A stretch of 64,000 nucleotides of DNA. Source: a virus (taxonomy: Duplodnaviria; Caudoviricetes). Positions 1 to 9,997 of this stretch are shown piece after piece. Made by a program: the position numbers and the translations under genes. The notes beneath the pieces are model-generated. The model searched no databases. It saw only the letters and a list, made by a program, of their open reading frames with translations, and was not told the DNA's origin. The DNA lies in the IMG/VR virus record IMGVR_UViG_3300042868_009047. One strand, given 5' to 3'. Every line of letters begins with the position of its first letter. Positions within the stretch are counted from its first letter, which is position 1.

Positions 1-1023
1 TTACACCAAGATGTTATAGCTAAATTTATTAGCGATGGTTATAAACCACACTCTACATGGTATGAAAATATGTGTAGAGATATGAACTTTAATAAACGTA
101 TGATCAACCAAGAGTTGGAGTGTGCATTTATTGGTTCTGGTGATAACGTTATTGAGGGTGAAATTATTAGAAAACAAGAACAAGAAAATGTCATCGAACC
201 GATTGTTAAAGATAAGGCTTGGGACAGTAATTTATGGATATGGAAATTACCTGAAAAAGGTCATAGATATATTTTAGCTTTGGATGTATCTCGTGGTGAT
301 TCCGAAGATGCTACTGGTATGTGCATTATTGATTATGATACGTTTGAACAAGTTTTGGAATACCATGGTAAAGTTCAACCAGATATCGCAGCTTTAATAG
401 TTGACCAATACGGTAGGATGTATGATGCATTATCAACTTTTGATATCACAGGTGGTATGGGTATTGCATCAACCCAAAAACTTAAAGATTTAAATTATCC
501 TAAAAAATTATTACATTACGATAAAGAAGGTGATAATAATAGTATGTATTTTATACCAGATGAAAACTCTATCCCAGGTATAAATTTTGCATCAAAAAAC
601 AGAAGAAGTCAAATTGTAGCTGCTTTAGAAGAGGCTGTTGCTAGAGGTGGTTTTAAAATCAGAAGTGAAAGATTGACAGCTGAGTTAAAAAAATTCGTTT
701 ATAAAAACGGTAAGCCAGACCATATGAAAGGTTCACACGATGACCTTATTATGGCTCTTGGTATGTGTCTATTTGTAGCTAATACGTCATTTAAAAGATT
801 ACAAGAATCAGATAATATGACCAGAGCTATGTTAGATAGTTGGAAGATAACAACTAATAACGTAAAAACGGAAGCAGACTATTTATTAAAAGACGTAACT
901 AGCTCACCAAATCCAGATAAATCATATTACAATTCTGATGAATTTACGACAAATAATAATATGATGAATACAAGGGAATTTGGCTGGTTATTTGGCGTAA
1001 CTAAACCTAAACCTAATAATTAA
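1..1023 (+). CDS. terL: Terminase large subunit, C-terminal nuclease domain (5' partial; frame open from base 1)
   Basis: RNase H-like motifs YILALDVSRGDSEDA and HMKGSHDDLIMAL; lies just upstream of portal. Confidence 0.85.
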   Translation, partial: LHQDVIAKFISDGYKPHSTWYENMCRDMNFNKRMINQELECAFIGSGDNVIEGEIIRKQEQENVIEPIVKDKAWDSNLWIWKLPEKGHRYILALDVSRGDSEDATGMCIIDYDTFEQVLEYHGKVQPDIAALIVDQYGRMYDALSTFDITGGMGIASTQKLKDLNYPKKLLHYDKEGDNNSMYFIPDENSIPGINFASKNRRSQIVAALEEAVARGGFKIRSERLTAELKKFVYKNGKPDHMKGSHDDLIMALGMCLFVANTSFKRLQESDNMTRAMLDSWKITTNNVKTEADYLLKDVTSSPNPDKSYYNSDEFTTNNNMMNTREFGWLFGVTKPKPNN

Positions 1024-1038
1024 AAACAACTAAACAAA

Positions 1039-1278
1039 ATGGCAAACATAATTAGACAAGCTAGAAGCAGTGGATTCGGGTCAACATCAATCGTTAGAGG
1101 AAGTGAACCAAAAAATTTCGATAAAAAAGACGGTATAGCATTACAAAGAAATGTTGATGCTATTAAATGTTCAATAGAATCTGATGGTACAACAACATAC
1201 GTGCAAAAAAAAGAATGGGATCAAGATGTAGAAAACTACAAATTTCCACCATTTGTAGAATGTGAATACGTAAATTAA
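1039..1278 (+). CDS. Hypothetical protein, 79 aa
   Basis: Clean ORF with A-rich start context between terminase and portal. Confidence 0.6.
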   Translation: MANIIRQARSSGFGSTSIVRGSEPKNFDKKDGIALQRNVDAIKCSIESDGTTTYVQKKEWDQDVENYKFPPFVECEYVN

Positions 1279-1284
1279 AAATAT

Positions 1285-3138
1285 ATGGCAGATAATAGAT
1301 TAACAATATTTCAAAGATTAAATAAGGTTCTCGGTAATGAAGTCGATGGCCCAAAATACGTAATTGACCCTAGTTCATTCAATGGGTTAAGTGGTAATGA
1401 TTTGGAACAAAAAAAGTTAGAGGCACAACAAACTCTATACCTACAAAATCAATGGAAAAAAATTGATAATGAACTTTATCAAAAAGCTGTTTACTATGAA
1501 CCAACAAGAATTGCATCATATTACGATTATGAGGCCATGGAATATACACCAGAAATTTCTGTTGCGTTGGATATTTTTGCTGAAGAAGCTACAACAGCAA
1601 ATGAAAGCGGTAAAGTTTTAACAATTTATTCTGATAGTACCAGAATCAAAAAAGAATTAACAGATTTGTTTGAGAATGTGTTAGATATTAACGCTAACCT
1701 AACATCTTGGGCTAGAAACGTATGTAAATACGGTGATAATTTTGTTTACAATAAAATCGTACCTAATCAGGGTATTGTTGGTGTAACTCAATTACCAAAT
1801 ATTGAGATGACAAGATCTGAACCAGGATTTTCAAAAATCACTAGTTTAGGTGATCAACAAAAAGAAAAGAATATTAAATTTTTCTGGAAAGATAAAAATG
1901 TTGAGTTTAATTCATTTGAAATTTCCCACTTTAGATTACTTGGTGATGATAGAAGATTACCTTATGGTACATCAATGCTTGAAAAAGTAAGAAGAATTTG
2001 GAAACAATTATTATTATCTGAAGATGCGATGTTAGTTTATCGTGTTACCAGAGCACCAGAAAGACGTGTTTACAAAGTATTTGTTGGTAACATGGATGAT
2101 AAAGACGTTGACGCTTATGTTGACAAGATTGCCAATAACTTCAAAAGAGTTAATATGGTTGATAATAATAATGGTCAGCAAGACACACGTTATAACGCAT
2201 TAGCTGTCGATCAGGATTATTTTATACCTGTTAGGGACCCAAGCCTTGCGATGCCAATTGAAACGCTTCCTGGGGCTCAAAACTTATCAGAAATAGCTGA
2301 CATTGAGTATATCCAAAAGAAAATGCTTGCTGCCCTTAGAGTACCCAAAGCTTTTATTGGTTTTGAGGAAACTACTGGTGATGGTAAAAACTTGGCAATC
2401 CTTGACGTACGTTTTGCAAGAGCTGTACATAGAGTACAAAAAGCCCTTATCCAAGAATTAAATAAAATGGCTATCATTCATTTGTATACTAAAGGGTTTA
2501 CGGATGATTTAGAAAACTTTACGTTAACATTAACAAGCCCATCTACTCAAGCCGAAATGCTTAAAATCCAAAACTGGAAAGAAAAAGTTACATTATATCG
2601 TGACGCTGTTTCTGACGCTGGTAACGGATTCTCAGCCATGTCAATGACTTACGCTAAGAAAGAAATCTTAAATATGAGTGATGATGAGATTAAACTCGAC
2701 ATACAAAGACAAGCTGTTGAAAAAGCTGGTGGTGAAGAGCTTAAATCATTGGGTGAAACCATTAAACAAACTGGTATATTTAGAGATATCTATAAAATAT
2801 ACAAAATTGACCCTAATAACATGACACTTGGTGGTGCTGGTGGAGATATGAGTGGTGCTGGTGCTGGTGGTAGCATGGGTGGTGATATGGGTGGTGGTGC
2901 TGAAACTGCTGGTGGAACTGATTTTACAACCCCGTTAGAAGTTCCAGGAGCTGAGAGCGGTGCTGAAATACCAGGCCCTGAAACAGCAGCTGCGGCCCCA
3001 GAAGTGGGTTCTGAGTTACCAGGTACCGAAGAAGAGCCTTTAGCTGAGATAACAAAAAGAAAATTAGATGCTAAAAATAGACTAATCAATGAGTCACTTA
3101 AAAAAACAATTGATGAAATTGACGATTTATTAGTATAA
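1285..3138 (+). CDS. Portal protein, T4 gp20-like, with Gly/Ala/Pro/Glu-rich C-terminal tail
   Basis: Motifs PYGTSMLEKVRRIWKQL, EDAMLVYRVTRAPERRVY, DYFIPVR, IETLPGAQNL, DIEYIQKKMLAALRVPK. Confidence 0.9.
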   Translation: MADNRLTIFQRLNKVLGNEVDGPKYVIDPSSFNGLSGNDLEQKKLEAQQTLYLQNQWKKIDNELYQKAVYYEPTRIASYYDYEAMEYTPEISVALDIFAEEATTANESGKVLTIYSDSTRIKKELTDLFENVLDINANLTSWARNVCKYGDNFVYNKIVPNQGIVGVTQLPNIEMTRSEPGFSKITSLGDQQKEKNIKFFWKDKNVEFNSFEISHFRLLGDDRRLPYGTSMLEKVRRIWKQLLLSEDAMLVYRVTRAPERRVYKVFVGNMDDKDVDAYVDKIANNFKRVNMVDNNNGQQDTRYNALAVDQDYFIPVRDPSLAMPIETLPGAQNLSEIADIEYIQKKMLAALRVPKAFIGFEETTGDGKNLAILDVRFARAVHRVQKALIQELNKMAIIHLYTKGFTDDLENFTLTLTSPSTQAEMLKIQNWKEKVTLYRDAVSDAGNGFSAMSMTYAKKEILNMSDDEIKLDIQRQAVEKAGGEELKSLGETIKQTGIFRDIYKIYKIDPNNMTLGGAGGDMSGAGAGGSMGGDMGGGAETAGGTDFTTPLEVPGAESGAEIPGPETAAAAPEVGSELPGTEEEPLAEITKRKLDAKNRLINESLKKTIDEIDDLLV

Positions 3139-3177
3139 TTAAAAAATAACCGATATTTATATAAAAATATTAAACAG

Positions 3178-3891
3178 ATGTTTGGACAATTAAAAGAAAG
3201 TATTCTTTCAGATTTAGAAAAAACCTACCAAGAAAAAGGTGAAAAAGATTTTAAAAAGTCTTTTTCCAAGTATGTTAAGGTGTTAAAAGAAAATAATGTA
3301 TTAAGAGAATTTAATGAGGTTTACAACTTATTAAATACAATGAGATTTGAAAACGAGGATATTGCAAAAGAATTCGTTGAGGAATCAATTACACATTTAA
3401 AATCTTTTGATTTAACAAAAATTGACGCATTAAAAACTTTAACCGAAAACATTGTTATTGTTAATAATGTTATTAGTGAAAGTATCGACCAACTTGTTTT
3501 TAACAAAAAATTATCATTGGTTGATAAAGTTAAACATAAAACAAATTTAGTTAAAAATTTAACAAGAGTTGATGAAAATATTGTTTCAATAAAAGAATCA
3601 ATAGATAAAATTAACGAAAGTTTGGCTGATAAAATATCAAAATTAAACGAGGAACAAGTTAAGGTTTTGAATTTATTCGCTGAAAATGATGAATCTATTA
3701 TTAATAACTATTACACAACATTAATCGAAAGCACTCAGAATATGGTTGAAAAAACTATAAATAAAGCTGATGATATTATTGTTGTTAAAAAATTATTAGA
3801 AGTTAGATCAAAGTTAAATGAGATGAAAAATCAAAAACCATCTTTAGATGTTATTGATACTGTTCTTGATTTAAAGAAAAGTTTCGAATAA
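3178..3891 (+). CDS. Hypothetical helical/coiled-coil protein in head module
   Basis: 237-aa ORF, K/E/L/I/N-rich, preceded by TATTTAT and followed by a terminator. Confidence 0.7.
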   Translation: MFGQLKESILSDLEKTYQEKGEKDFKKSFSKYVKVLKENNVLREFNEVYNLLNTMRFENEDIAKEFVEESITHLKSFDLTKIDALKTLTENIVIVNNVISESIDQLVFNKKLSLVDKVKHKTNLVKNLTRVDENIVSIKESIDKINESLADKISKLNEEQVKVLNLFAENDESIINNYYTTLIESTQNMVEKTINKADDIIVVKKLLEVRSKLNEMKNQKPSLDVIDTVLDLKKSFE

Positions 3892-3914
3892 ACACACATT
3901 CTACAATAAAAAGT

Positions 3915-3945
3915 AAAGCCAGGGTAGCGAATCCTGGCTTTTTTT
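3915..3945. terminator. Intrinsic terminator, probably bidirectional
   Basis: AAAGCCAGG-loop-CCTGGCTTTTTTT between convergent genes. Confidence 0.8.
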
Positions 3946-3992
3946 GTTCCATAACTGGAACGGTCCTAAAACACCGCTTATAGCGGAATATC

Positions 3993-4304
3993 TTATTTGG
4001 TTTCCTCAACCATAGTGTCAGCTTCAGTTGACGAAGCTTCAGCATTTGATTTAGCTATTGACACTTTATGACCCGTATAGTTTTTATAACCAATTAAAGC
4101 GGCTCCAATCATGGTAAAAGCTACCGCTTGATTAATTACGTCCATACTTTTGTCAATAAAAATTCTATCAACCACCCCTAATAGGAATGATAAACAGCCT
4201 ACCATAACAATGATAAAGCCTGATGTTGATGTTACAGATGTTTTTCCGTCTGGGTTCGATGTCATTTCACCGAAAGACCATTTTTTGATGTCTCCTATAT
4301 TCAT
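3993..4304 (-). CDS. Small two-TM membrane protein (holin-like candidate)
   Basis: Two hydrophobic segments (GFIIVMVGCLSFLLGVV; AVAFTMIGAALIGY) and a charged C-terminus; function unproven. Confidence 0.5.
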   Translation of the reverse strand: MNIGDIKKWSFGEMTSNPDGKTSVTSTSGFIIVMVGCLSFLLGVVDRIFIDKSMDVINQAVAFTMIGAALIGYKNYTGHKVSIAKSNAEASSTEADTMVEETK

Positions 4305-4409
4305 AATATGTGTGTTTGATTATAAATACCTTAAATTTGCTTTAATGACCTTTTTTTCTTATTATTATAACAATAAATAATAAAATATATTAAAATATGA
4401 AAAAACAAA

Positions 4410-4859
4410 ATGCAGTGCAAATTTGGGAAAGAAAAGAAACTCTTTACAGACGAGAGATTTCGAGTTAAATACGGTACAATTGATGCCGTTAAGTTAAACG
4501 CCATTTATTTAAATTTTGAGTCATGGGTGCAACCCAAGGAAATAGATAATTACGACTCATACATTAGATTAATGCGGAAACAAATTATTGTTAAAATAAA
4601 AGATAATATGGATATAACAACATTTAACGAAAATTTTATTGTTGACCTTGATTTAAGAGCTTCAGGTATGTCATCAGATAAAAAAAGTTTTATGTTTATT
4701 GAGTTAACGGTATACCCCAAAGAGAAATTAAAATTTAATTCCACTTTAATGTTTAAAAAAATGCAAGAATTGTCTAATCTTATAGTCGAATCCTTAGAAC
4801 AGAATAAGCTAAATTACTTTTCAAAAAAATCAAATGCTAGATCAAGAAGACTTATATGA
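4410..4859 (+). CDS. Hypothetical protein, 149 aa
   Basis: Clean ORF overlapping the start of the AAA gene. Confidence 0.65.
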   Translation: MQCKFGKEKKLFTDERFRVKYGTIDAVKLNAIYLNFESWVQPKEIDNYDSYIRLMRKQIIVKIKDNMDITTFNENFIVDLDLRASGMSSDKKSFMFIELTVYPKEKLKFNSTLMFKKMQELSNLIVESLEQNKLNYFSKKSNARSRRLI

Positions 4860-5757
4860 GATGTCCGCAGAAGAAGGACAAGAAATGATTAAAGAACACT
4901 TCGATAAAATTTACCCATCAATCGAATCGTGGTATACAATAAACAACACTGATTTCTTTTTTAACTTTAAAACGGTTGCTACCGTTGAATCTGGCTTATA
5001 TAGTATGATATATAACGATGGTAACGGTTTTGGTGTTTCAAAATTAAACTATAAAAGTGATGAATTTTTTCACCTACCATCACTACCACATAATGAAATT
5101 ATCGATGACCTAATCAAATTCTGGGATAATGTAGATAGGTTTAAAAAATATAACCTAACCCCAAAAAGAGGTATAATTCTACACGGTGAACCAGGTTGTG
5201 GTAAAACATCTTTGATTTATCTTTTGGTTGATAAATTAAAAGAATATAATGGTTTATCAATCTATTTTGATAACCCGTTTAATTGGGTTGAATTAGCCAA
5301 GCTGGTTAGAAAGGTTGAAAAAACAAGACCTTTACTTTGTATTATTGAGGATATTGATCTTGTTATTGATAAATTCGGTGAAGAAGTGTTCTTAAACTTC
5401 TTAGATGGTCTAAATTCAATTGATAATGTTGTTTATGTGGCAACGACAAATAATCTGGAAAAAATCCCAGCTAGGATTAAAGACAGACCATCCAGATTTG
5501 ACAAGAAATATAAAATAGAAAAACCAACAGCGGAAGACAGGAAAATTTATTTTACTGGGATATTAGATGAAGAGGATAAAAAACTATATGACATTGATAA
5601 ATTGGTTAAAGATACTAATGGTTATACCATGGCCCATCTTAAAGAATCGTTTATCTCATTATATATTCTTAAAAACCCATATGATGAAACCATTAAGCGA
5701 TTAAAAAACAAAAAAATTGCTGACGAACGAATCGGATTTGATATTTCTGGGGATTAA
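4834..5757 (+). CDS. AAA+ ATPase (single domain)
   Basis: Walker A GEPGCGKT, Walker B IIEDID, SRH ATTNNLEKIPARIKDRPSRFD. Confidence 0.85.
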   Translation: MLDQEDLYEMSAEEGQEMIKEHFDKIYPSIESWYTINNTDFFFNFKTVATVESGLYSMIYNDGNGFGVSKLNYKSDEFFHLPSLPHNEIIDDLIKFWDNVDRFKKYNLTPKRGIILHGEPGCGKTSLIYLLVDKLKEYNGLSIYFDNPFNWVELAKLVRKVEKTRPLLCIIEDIDLVIDKFGEEVFLNFLDGLNSIDNVVYVATTNNLEKIPARIKDRPSRFDKKYKIEKPTAEDRKIYFTGILDEEDKKLYDIDKLVKDTNGYTMAHLKESFISLYILKNPYDETIKRLKNKKIADERIGFDISGD

Positions 5758-5807
5758 GGCGACACTTAACTTGTTTTCATTATATTTATGTAATATAATC
5801 TATTAAA

Positions 5808-6521
5808 ATGGGTATAAAAATATTAAAAGAAAACGAAGAAGGTTTTGGTATCTTAATTGAAGGTGATGCTGGTTCAGTATCTGAGATATTACAAGGACAA
5901 ATTATAAATGAGGAAATAAGCAAAGGTCCTATTGATTTATCTGGTCCTATATACTATTATGCCACATTACAAAAATATGGTGTTGAAAACAGAAATGGTA
6001 GAGTATACCCAGAAGATATCTTAAGAAGAGAAGTTGAAAACTATAGAGAAGTTATTGCTCGTAACTCTAGTTTCCATGAATTGGATCACCCACAAGAATC
6101 AGTTATATCACTTAAAGGTGGTTCACCTCACAGAATAGTAGATATGTTCTGGAAAGATAACGTTCTTATAGGTAAATTGGAGATATTAGTATCTGAAGGT
6201 TTTAGAAGAGGTGGGATCATATCTTGTAACGGTGATTTAGTTGCTCATTACTTAAGTTATGGTATGACATTGGGTATCTCATCAAGAGGTGTTGGTAGTC
6301 TTAAAAAGATTAACGGTAAAAATGTTGTACAAGGTGACTTTGAATTAATATGTTGGGATATTGTCTCATCACCATCGACACCTGGTTCTTACTTATATAA
6401 AGACCCACAAGATTTTAGAAAATATGATGAGGTTTTAGCTGAACCAAAGGAAATTGAGGAGAGTGCAGCGCCTGAAGAGGATAATTTTTTAGCCAATCTT
6501 AACAAATTTTTAAAGTTTTAA
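5808..6521 (+). CDS. Prohead core protease, T4 gp21-like
   Basis: NRNGRVYP, HELDHP, LGISSRGVGSL, DIVSSPSTPGSY motifs. Confidence 0.9.
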   Translation: MGIKILKENEEGFGILIEGDAGSVSEILQGQIINEEISKGPIDLSGPIYYYATLQKYGVENRNGRVYPEDILRREVENYREVIARNSSFHELDHPQESVISLKGGSPHRIVDMFWKDNVLIGKLEILVSEGFRRGGIISCNGDLVAHYLSYGMTLGISSRGVGSLKKINGKNVVQGDFELICWDIVSSPSTPGSYLYKDPQDFRKYDEVLAEPKEIEESAAPEEDNFLANLNKFLKF

Positions 6522-6575
6522 GTTGTCTTTTCAAAAAATTTTTATTACTATTATAACAATTAAAAAATATTTTTT

Positions 6576-6815
6576 ATGAAAACTTACTATTGGTACACAG
6601 TTACAATTCAATTTGTCGTTGAAGACGAGCAAACAGGGAAAATTAAAAAGATTAAAGAAAATTACCTAACCAAAGCAATCTCTGTTACTGACGCAGAAGC
6701 CTCTGTAATCAAGGATCTTGAGGGTACAATGGGTGATTTTAGAATCTTAAAAATTGATGAATCTAAAATTGTTAGAGTCATTCTTCCACAAGGAGTTGAT
6801 ATCAACGCTGAATAA
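6576..6815 (+). CDS. DUF4494-like small protein
   Basis: GKIKKIKENYLTKAISVTDAEA resembles the Bacteroidota DUF4494 pattern; recognised by eye. Confidence 0.65.
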   Translation: MKTYYWYTVTIQFVVEDEQTGKIKKIKENYLTKAISVTDAEASVIKDLEGTMGDFRILKIDESKIVRVILPQGVDINAE

Positions 6816-6837
6816 AAACTAAGAAAAAAACACTTTA

Positions 6838-6866
6838 AAAACCATCCATATCGGGTGGTTTTTTTT
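6838..6866 (+). terminator. Intrinsic terminator
   Basis: AAAACCATCC-ATATC-GGGTGGTTTTTTTT. Confidence 0.75.
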
Positions 6867-6988
6867 GTTTAACCCCAATGTAATATGAGATAATAAGAAT
6901 ATTTTTTTATTTTTTTTGTTCTTTTGATGTTTTCATAGTATTTATTACTAAGATAATATATCATAATAATTTTATAATAAATTAAAAC

Positions 6989-8278
6989 ATGAGCAAGACA
7001 AATATTTTAGCAGAAACTCTAGCTGAAATTCAAGAACTAAGAGAAGCCGTTTCTAAAAACGCTAATCATGCTTTGAAAAGCACTCTTAAAGAAGAATTAG
7101 AAGAAATTGTCAAAAACAACCTAGAGGAAGTTAATGACGAAGAGTTAACAGATGACATGCCTGGTGATGAACTACCAGGTGATCAAACAGCAAATAATGA
7201 TGACGGTATGGGTAACATGCCTACTGAACCAGAAGAAGGTGAAGAGGTTGTTGACTTAACTGGCGAATCAGATAAGGATGTTATTACACATTTCAACCTT
7301 ATGGATCCTGCTGATGAGATCGAAATCGTACAAACCCCAGAAGGTGGTGTACAAATCAACATTACAGCCTCTAAAGGTGAAGACAAAGAATCTGAAGAAG
7401 GTTCTGAGGAAACACCAGTAGCTACTGATATTGATGAGTACAACGATAAACCAATGGAAGGTATGGTCGATGAAATGATTGACTTAGAAGAAGAGCCAGT
7501 GTATGAGATTGAAATCTCAGAAGAGGATCTTAACGAAGTTGCCAAGGAAGCTACAGCGCACATGACTACTAAAGGTGGATCAGTTCCAACAGGTGAAAAG
7601 AAACTTGAGGAACCATCTAAAGAAAGTGGTATGATTAAAAATGCAGCTACCAAACACATGACTACTAAAGGTGGATCAGTTCCAACAGGTGAAAAGAAAC
7701 TTGAGGAACCATCTAAAGAAAGTGGTATGATTAAAAATGCAGCTACGAAAGATATCAACGAAAGTACACAAAATAAGGCTGGAAACAAAAACAAAGAAAA
7801 AGAGTTACATGAAAGCTTGGTAGTTATGAGAAAAAAATACCAAGAAACAGTGGCTGAAAATAATAAAAAGACTCAAGAGTTAGATAGCTTTAAAACTTTA
7901 GCGGAAGAATTTAAAGGTTCTGAAACTGAATATAAATCAGCTATTAAAAATCTTAAGTCTCAGTTACAAGAAGTTGCCTTGTTTTCATCAAACTTAACTT
8001 ATGCAATCAAATTGATTACTGAAAACTCTACAACTAAGGATGAAAAATTAAATATCCTTAAGAGATTCGATTCAGCTAAAAACTTAAACGAATCAAGAGA
8101 AATCTTTAACAGTTTGCAAGATCAGTTAGTTTCTGTTAAATCAGCAACAAAACAAGTGATTGAAGACAAAATTATGGAAACTCCAAAAGCTAGTGGTTCT
8201 TCAAAATTAAATGAATCAACTGCTTATCAGAATCCACAATTATCTAGAATGTTGGATATCATCGGAAAAATTAAATAA
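6989..8278 (+). CDS. Prohead scaffold/core protein (acidic N-half, coiled-coil C-half)
   Basis: Position between protease and capsid; very acidic; many (L/I)xE sites. Confidence 0.75.
   Translation: MSKTNILAETLAEIQELREAVSKNANHALKSTLKEELEEIVKNNLEEVNDEELTDDMPGDELPGDQTANNDDGMGNMPTEPEEGEEVVDLTGESDKDVITHFNLMDPADEIEIVQTPEGGVQINITASKGEDKESEEGSEETPVATDIDEYNDKPMEGMVDEMIDLEEEPVYEIEISEEDLNEVAKEATAHMTTKGGSVPTGEKKLEEPSKESGMIKNAATKHMTTKGGSVPTGEKKLEEPSKESGMIKNAATKDINESTQNKAGNKNKEKELHESLVVMRKKYQETVAENNKKTQELDSFKTLAEEFKGSETEYKSAIKNLKSQLQEVALFSSNLTYAIKLITENSTTKDEKLNILKRFDSAKNLNESREIFNSLQDQLVSVKSATKQVIEDKIMETPKASGSSKLNESTAYQNPQLSRMLDIIGKIK
7559..7746 (+). repeat. Tandem in-frame duplication, period 96 nt (32 aa), inside scaffold
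   Basis: 7559-7650 and 7655-7746 are identical over 92 nt (HMTTKGGSVPTGEKKLEEPSKESGMIKNAAT). Confidence 0.95.
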
Positions 8279-8310
8279 TAAAATTAAAAACAAACTAAAA
8301 AAATACTAAA

Positions 8311-9891
8311 ATGGGAGCATTATTAGAATCAGGAAAAGTTGGTAACGTTGGCTTAAATCATTTAAAAGCTGTACGTACTGACGTAATTAACAGATGGGAC
8401 AGCTTAGGACTATTAGAAGGTCTTGCTGGTCACAGAAAAGAGAATATCGCACAATTATTTGAAAACCAAGCATCACACATGCTTAATGAATCAGTTGCTT
8501 TAGGTAACGAAGGTTCTTTCGAAACTGTGGTATTCCCAATCGTGAGAAGAGTATTCTCAAAATTATTAGCTAACGAAATCGTTTCGGTTCAAGCATTAAA
8601 CTTACCTATTGGTAAATTATTCTACTTCATTCCGAAGTTAGAAAACTCAGCATTTAACTCTGCTAACGCTGGTATTAACCCAGCTGGTACATCAGTAAGT
8701 GCTAACCTTTATGACTCTTTCTACGGAGAGAACGGTCTTTATGACAACTCTAAAGGTGCTGCGACTACTTTAACTGGCGTTAAAACTGTAGCAAATTTGT
8801 ATCAATTCGATTCAGCTTCTGCTAGTGGTTATGCTACATTAGCTGGTACTTCAGTTCCAGTAAGTACAACTTCAATCATTGAGGTTGATTTCGCTGCAAG
8901 TATCACTAACTGGGATAACGCTGAAGAAGTTATGTCAACATTAAACGTTACATCTGTAACTAATGATGCTGACTTTGATTTCTATTTACCAGCTCAAAAA
9001 TATGGTAAATCAATCATGAACTCAAGTGGTGTTATCTACATCGCAGTTGTTAACAACAGTGCATCAGTAGCATTACCTTTGACTGGTTTAACTGTAACAG
9101 CTAAAGAATACGAATCTTTAGAGTACAATGACACAATGGGTGAAGTAAGCTTCGAACTTCAATCAGTAACAGTTTCTGTTATCGAAAGAAAGTTAAGAGC
9201 TCAGTGGTCTCCAGAATTAGCTCAAGACGTATCAGCGTTCCATAACATTGATGCAGAAGCTGAATTAACAGCTTTATTGTCTGAGCAAGTTGCTGCTGAG
9301 ATTGACCGTGAGATTTTACGTGACTTACGTAGAGGTGCTGCATGGAGAATGACTTGGGATTACTCTGGTTCAAGAGTTAACACAGGTGGTTTGAATGCTA
9401 CAAACGGTTTCTACACTCAAAAAGATTGGAACCAAACTTTGATCACTGCGATCAACCAAGTTTCTGCACAAATCCACAAAGCTACTTTAAGAGGTGGTGC
9501 TAACTGGATCGTAGTTTCTGCTGAGGTTTCAGCTATCTTGGACGACTTAGAATACTTCCACGTATCTAACGCTGCTCCAGAGCAAGACAAATATAACATG
9601 GGTATTGAAAGAATCGGTTCATTGGGTGGAAGATACCAAGTTTACCGTGATCCTTACTTCCCAGCTGACACAATCTTGATGGGTCACAAAGGTACATCTT
9701 TGTTGGATACAGGTTACATCTACGCACCATACGTGCCAATGCAATTAACTCCTACAATGTACAACCCATTCACCTTTGCACCAGTTAAAGGTATCATGAC
9801 TCGTTACGCTAAGAAAATGGTTAACAACCGTTTCTATGGTGTAATCAAATGTCAAAATATCGTTAGCTTCGGTATCACAGGTTTAAGATAA
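8311..9891 (+). CDS. Major capsid protein, T4 gp23-like
   Basis: VSVQALNLPIGKLFY, RKLRAQWSPELAQD, AEIDREI, GYIYAPYVP, GIMTRYA motifs. Confidence 0.95.
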   Translation: MGALLESGKVGNVGLNHLKAVRTDVINRWDSLGLLEGLAGHRKENIAQLFENQASHMLNESVALGNEGSFETVVFPIVRRVFSKLLANEIVSVQALNLPIGKLFYFIPKLENSAFNSANAGINPAGTSVSANLYDSFYGENGLYDNSKGAATTLTGVKTVANLYQFDSASASGYATLAGTSVPVSTTSIIEVDFAASITNWDNAEEVMSTLNVTSVTNDADFDFYLPAQKYGKSIMNSSGVIYIAVVNNSASVALPLTGLTVTAKEYESLEYNDTMGEVSFELQSVTVSVIERKLRAQWSPELAQDVSAFHNIDAEAELTALLSEQVAAEIDREILRDLRRGAAWRMTWDYSGSRVNTGGLNATNGFYTQKDWNQTLITAINQVSAQIHKATLRGGANWIVVSAEVSAILDDLEYFHVSNAAPEQDKYNMGIERIGSLGGRYQVYRDPYFPADTILMGHKGTSLLDTGYIYAPYVPMQLTPTMYNPFTFAPVKGIMTRYAKKMVNNRFYGVIKCQNIVSFGITGLR

Positions 9892-9915
9892 TCTTAAAGG
9901 TTTACATTAAAATAC

Positions 9916-9944
9916 AAAAGGGTGGATTTTTTCCACCCTTTTTT
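9916..9944 (+). terminator. Intrinsic terminator after capsid gene
   Basis: AAAAGGGTGGA-loop-TCCACCCTTTTTT. Confidence 0.85.
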
Positions 9945-9997
9945 GTTTATATTTGTTTCTATTATTACTATATTTGTATGGTTAATTAGAAATATTT

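Noticed and set aside
7183-7794. 203-aa minus-strand ORF with a duplicated segment
   Set aside because: Antisense shadow of the scaffold gene and its duplication.
1-9891. Introns or inteins in terminase, portal or capsid genes
   Set aside because: Frames are continuous with expected sizes; no intein or homing-endonuclease motifs seen.
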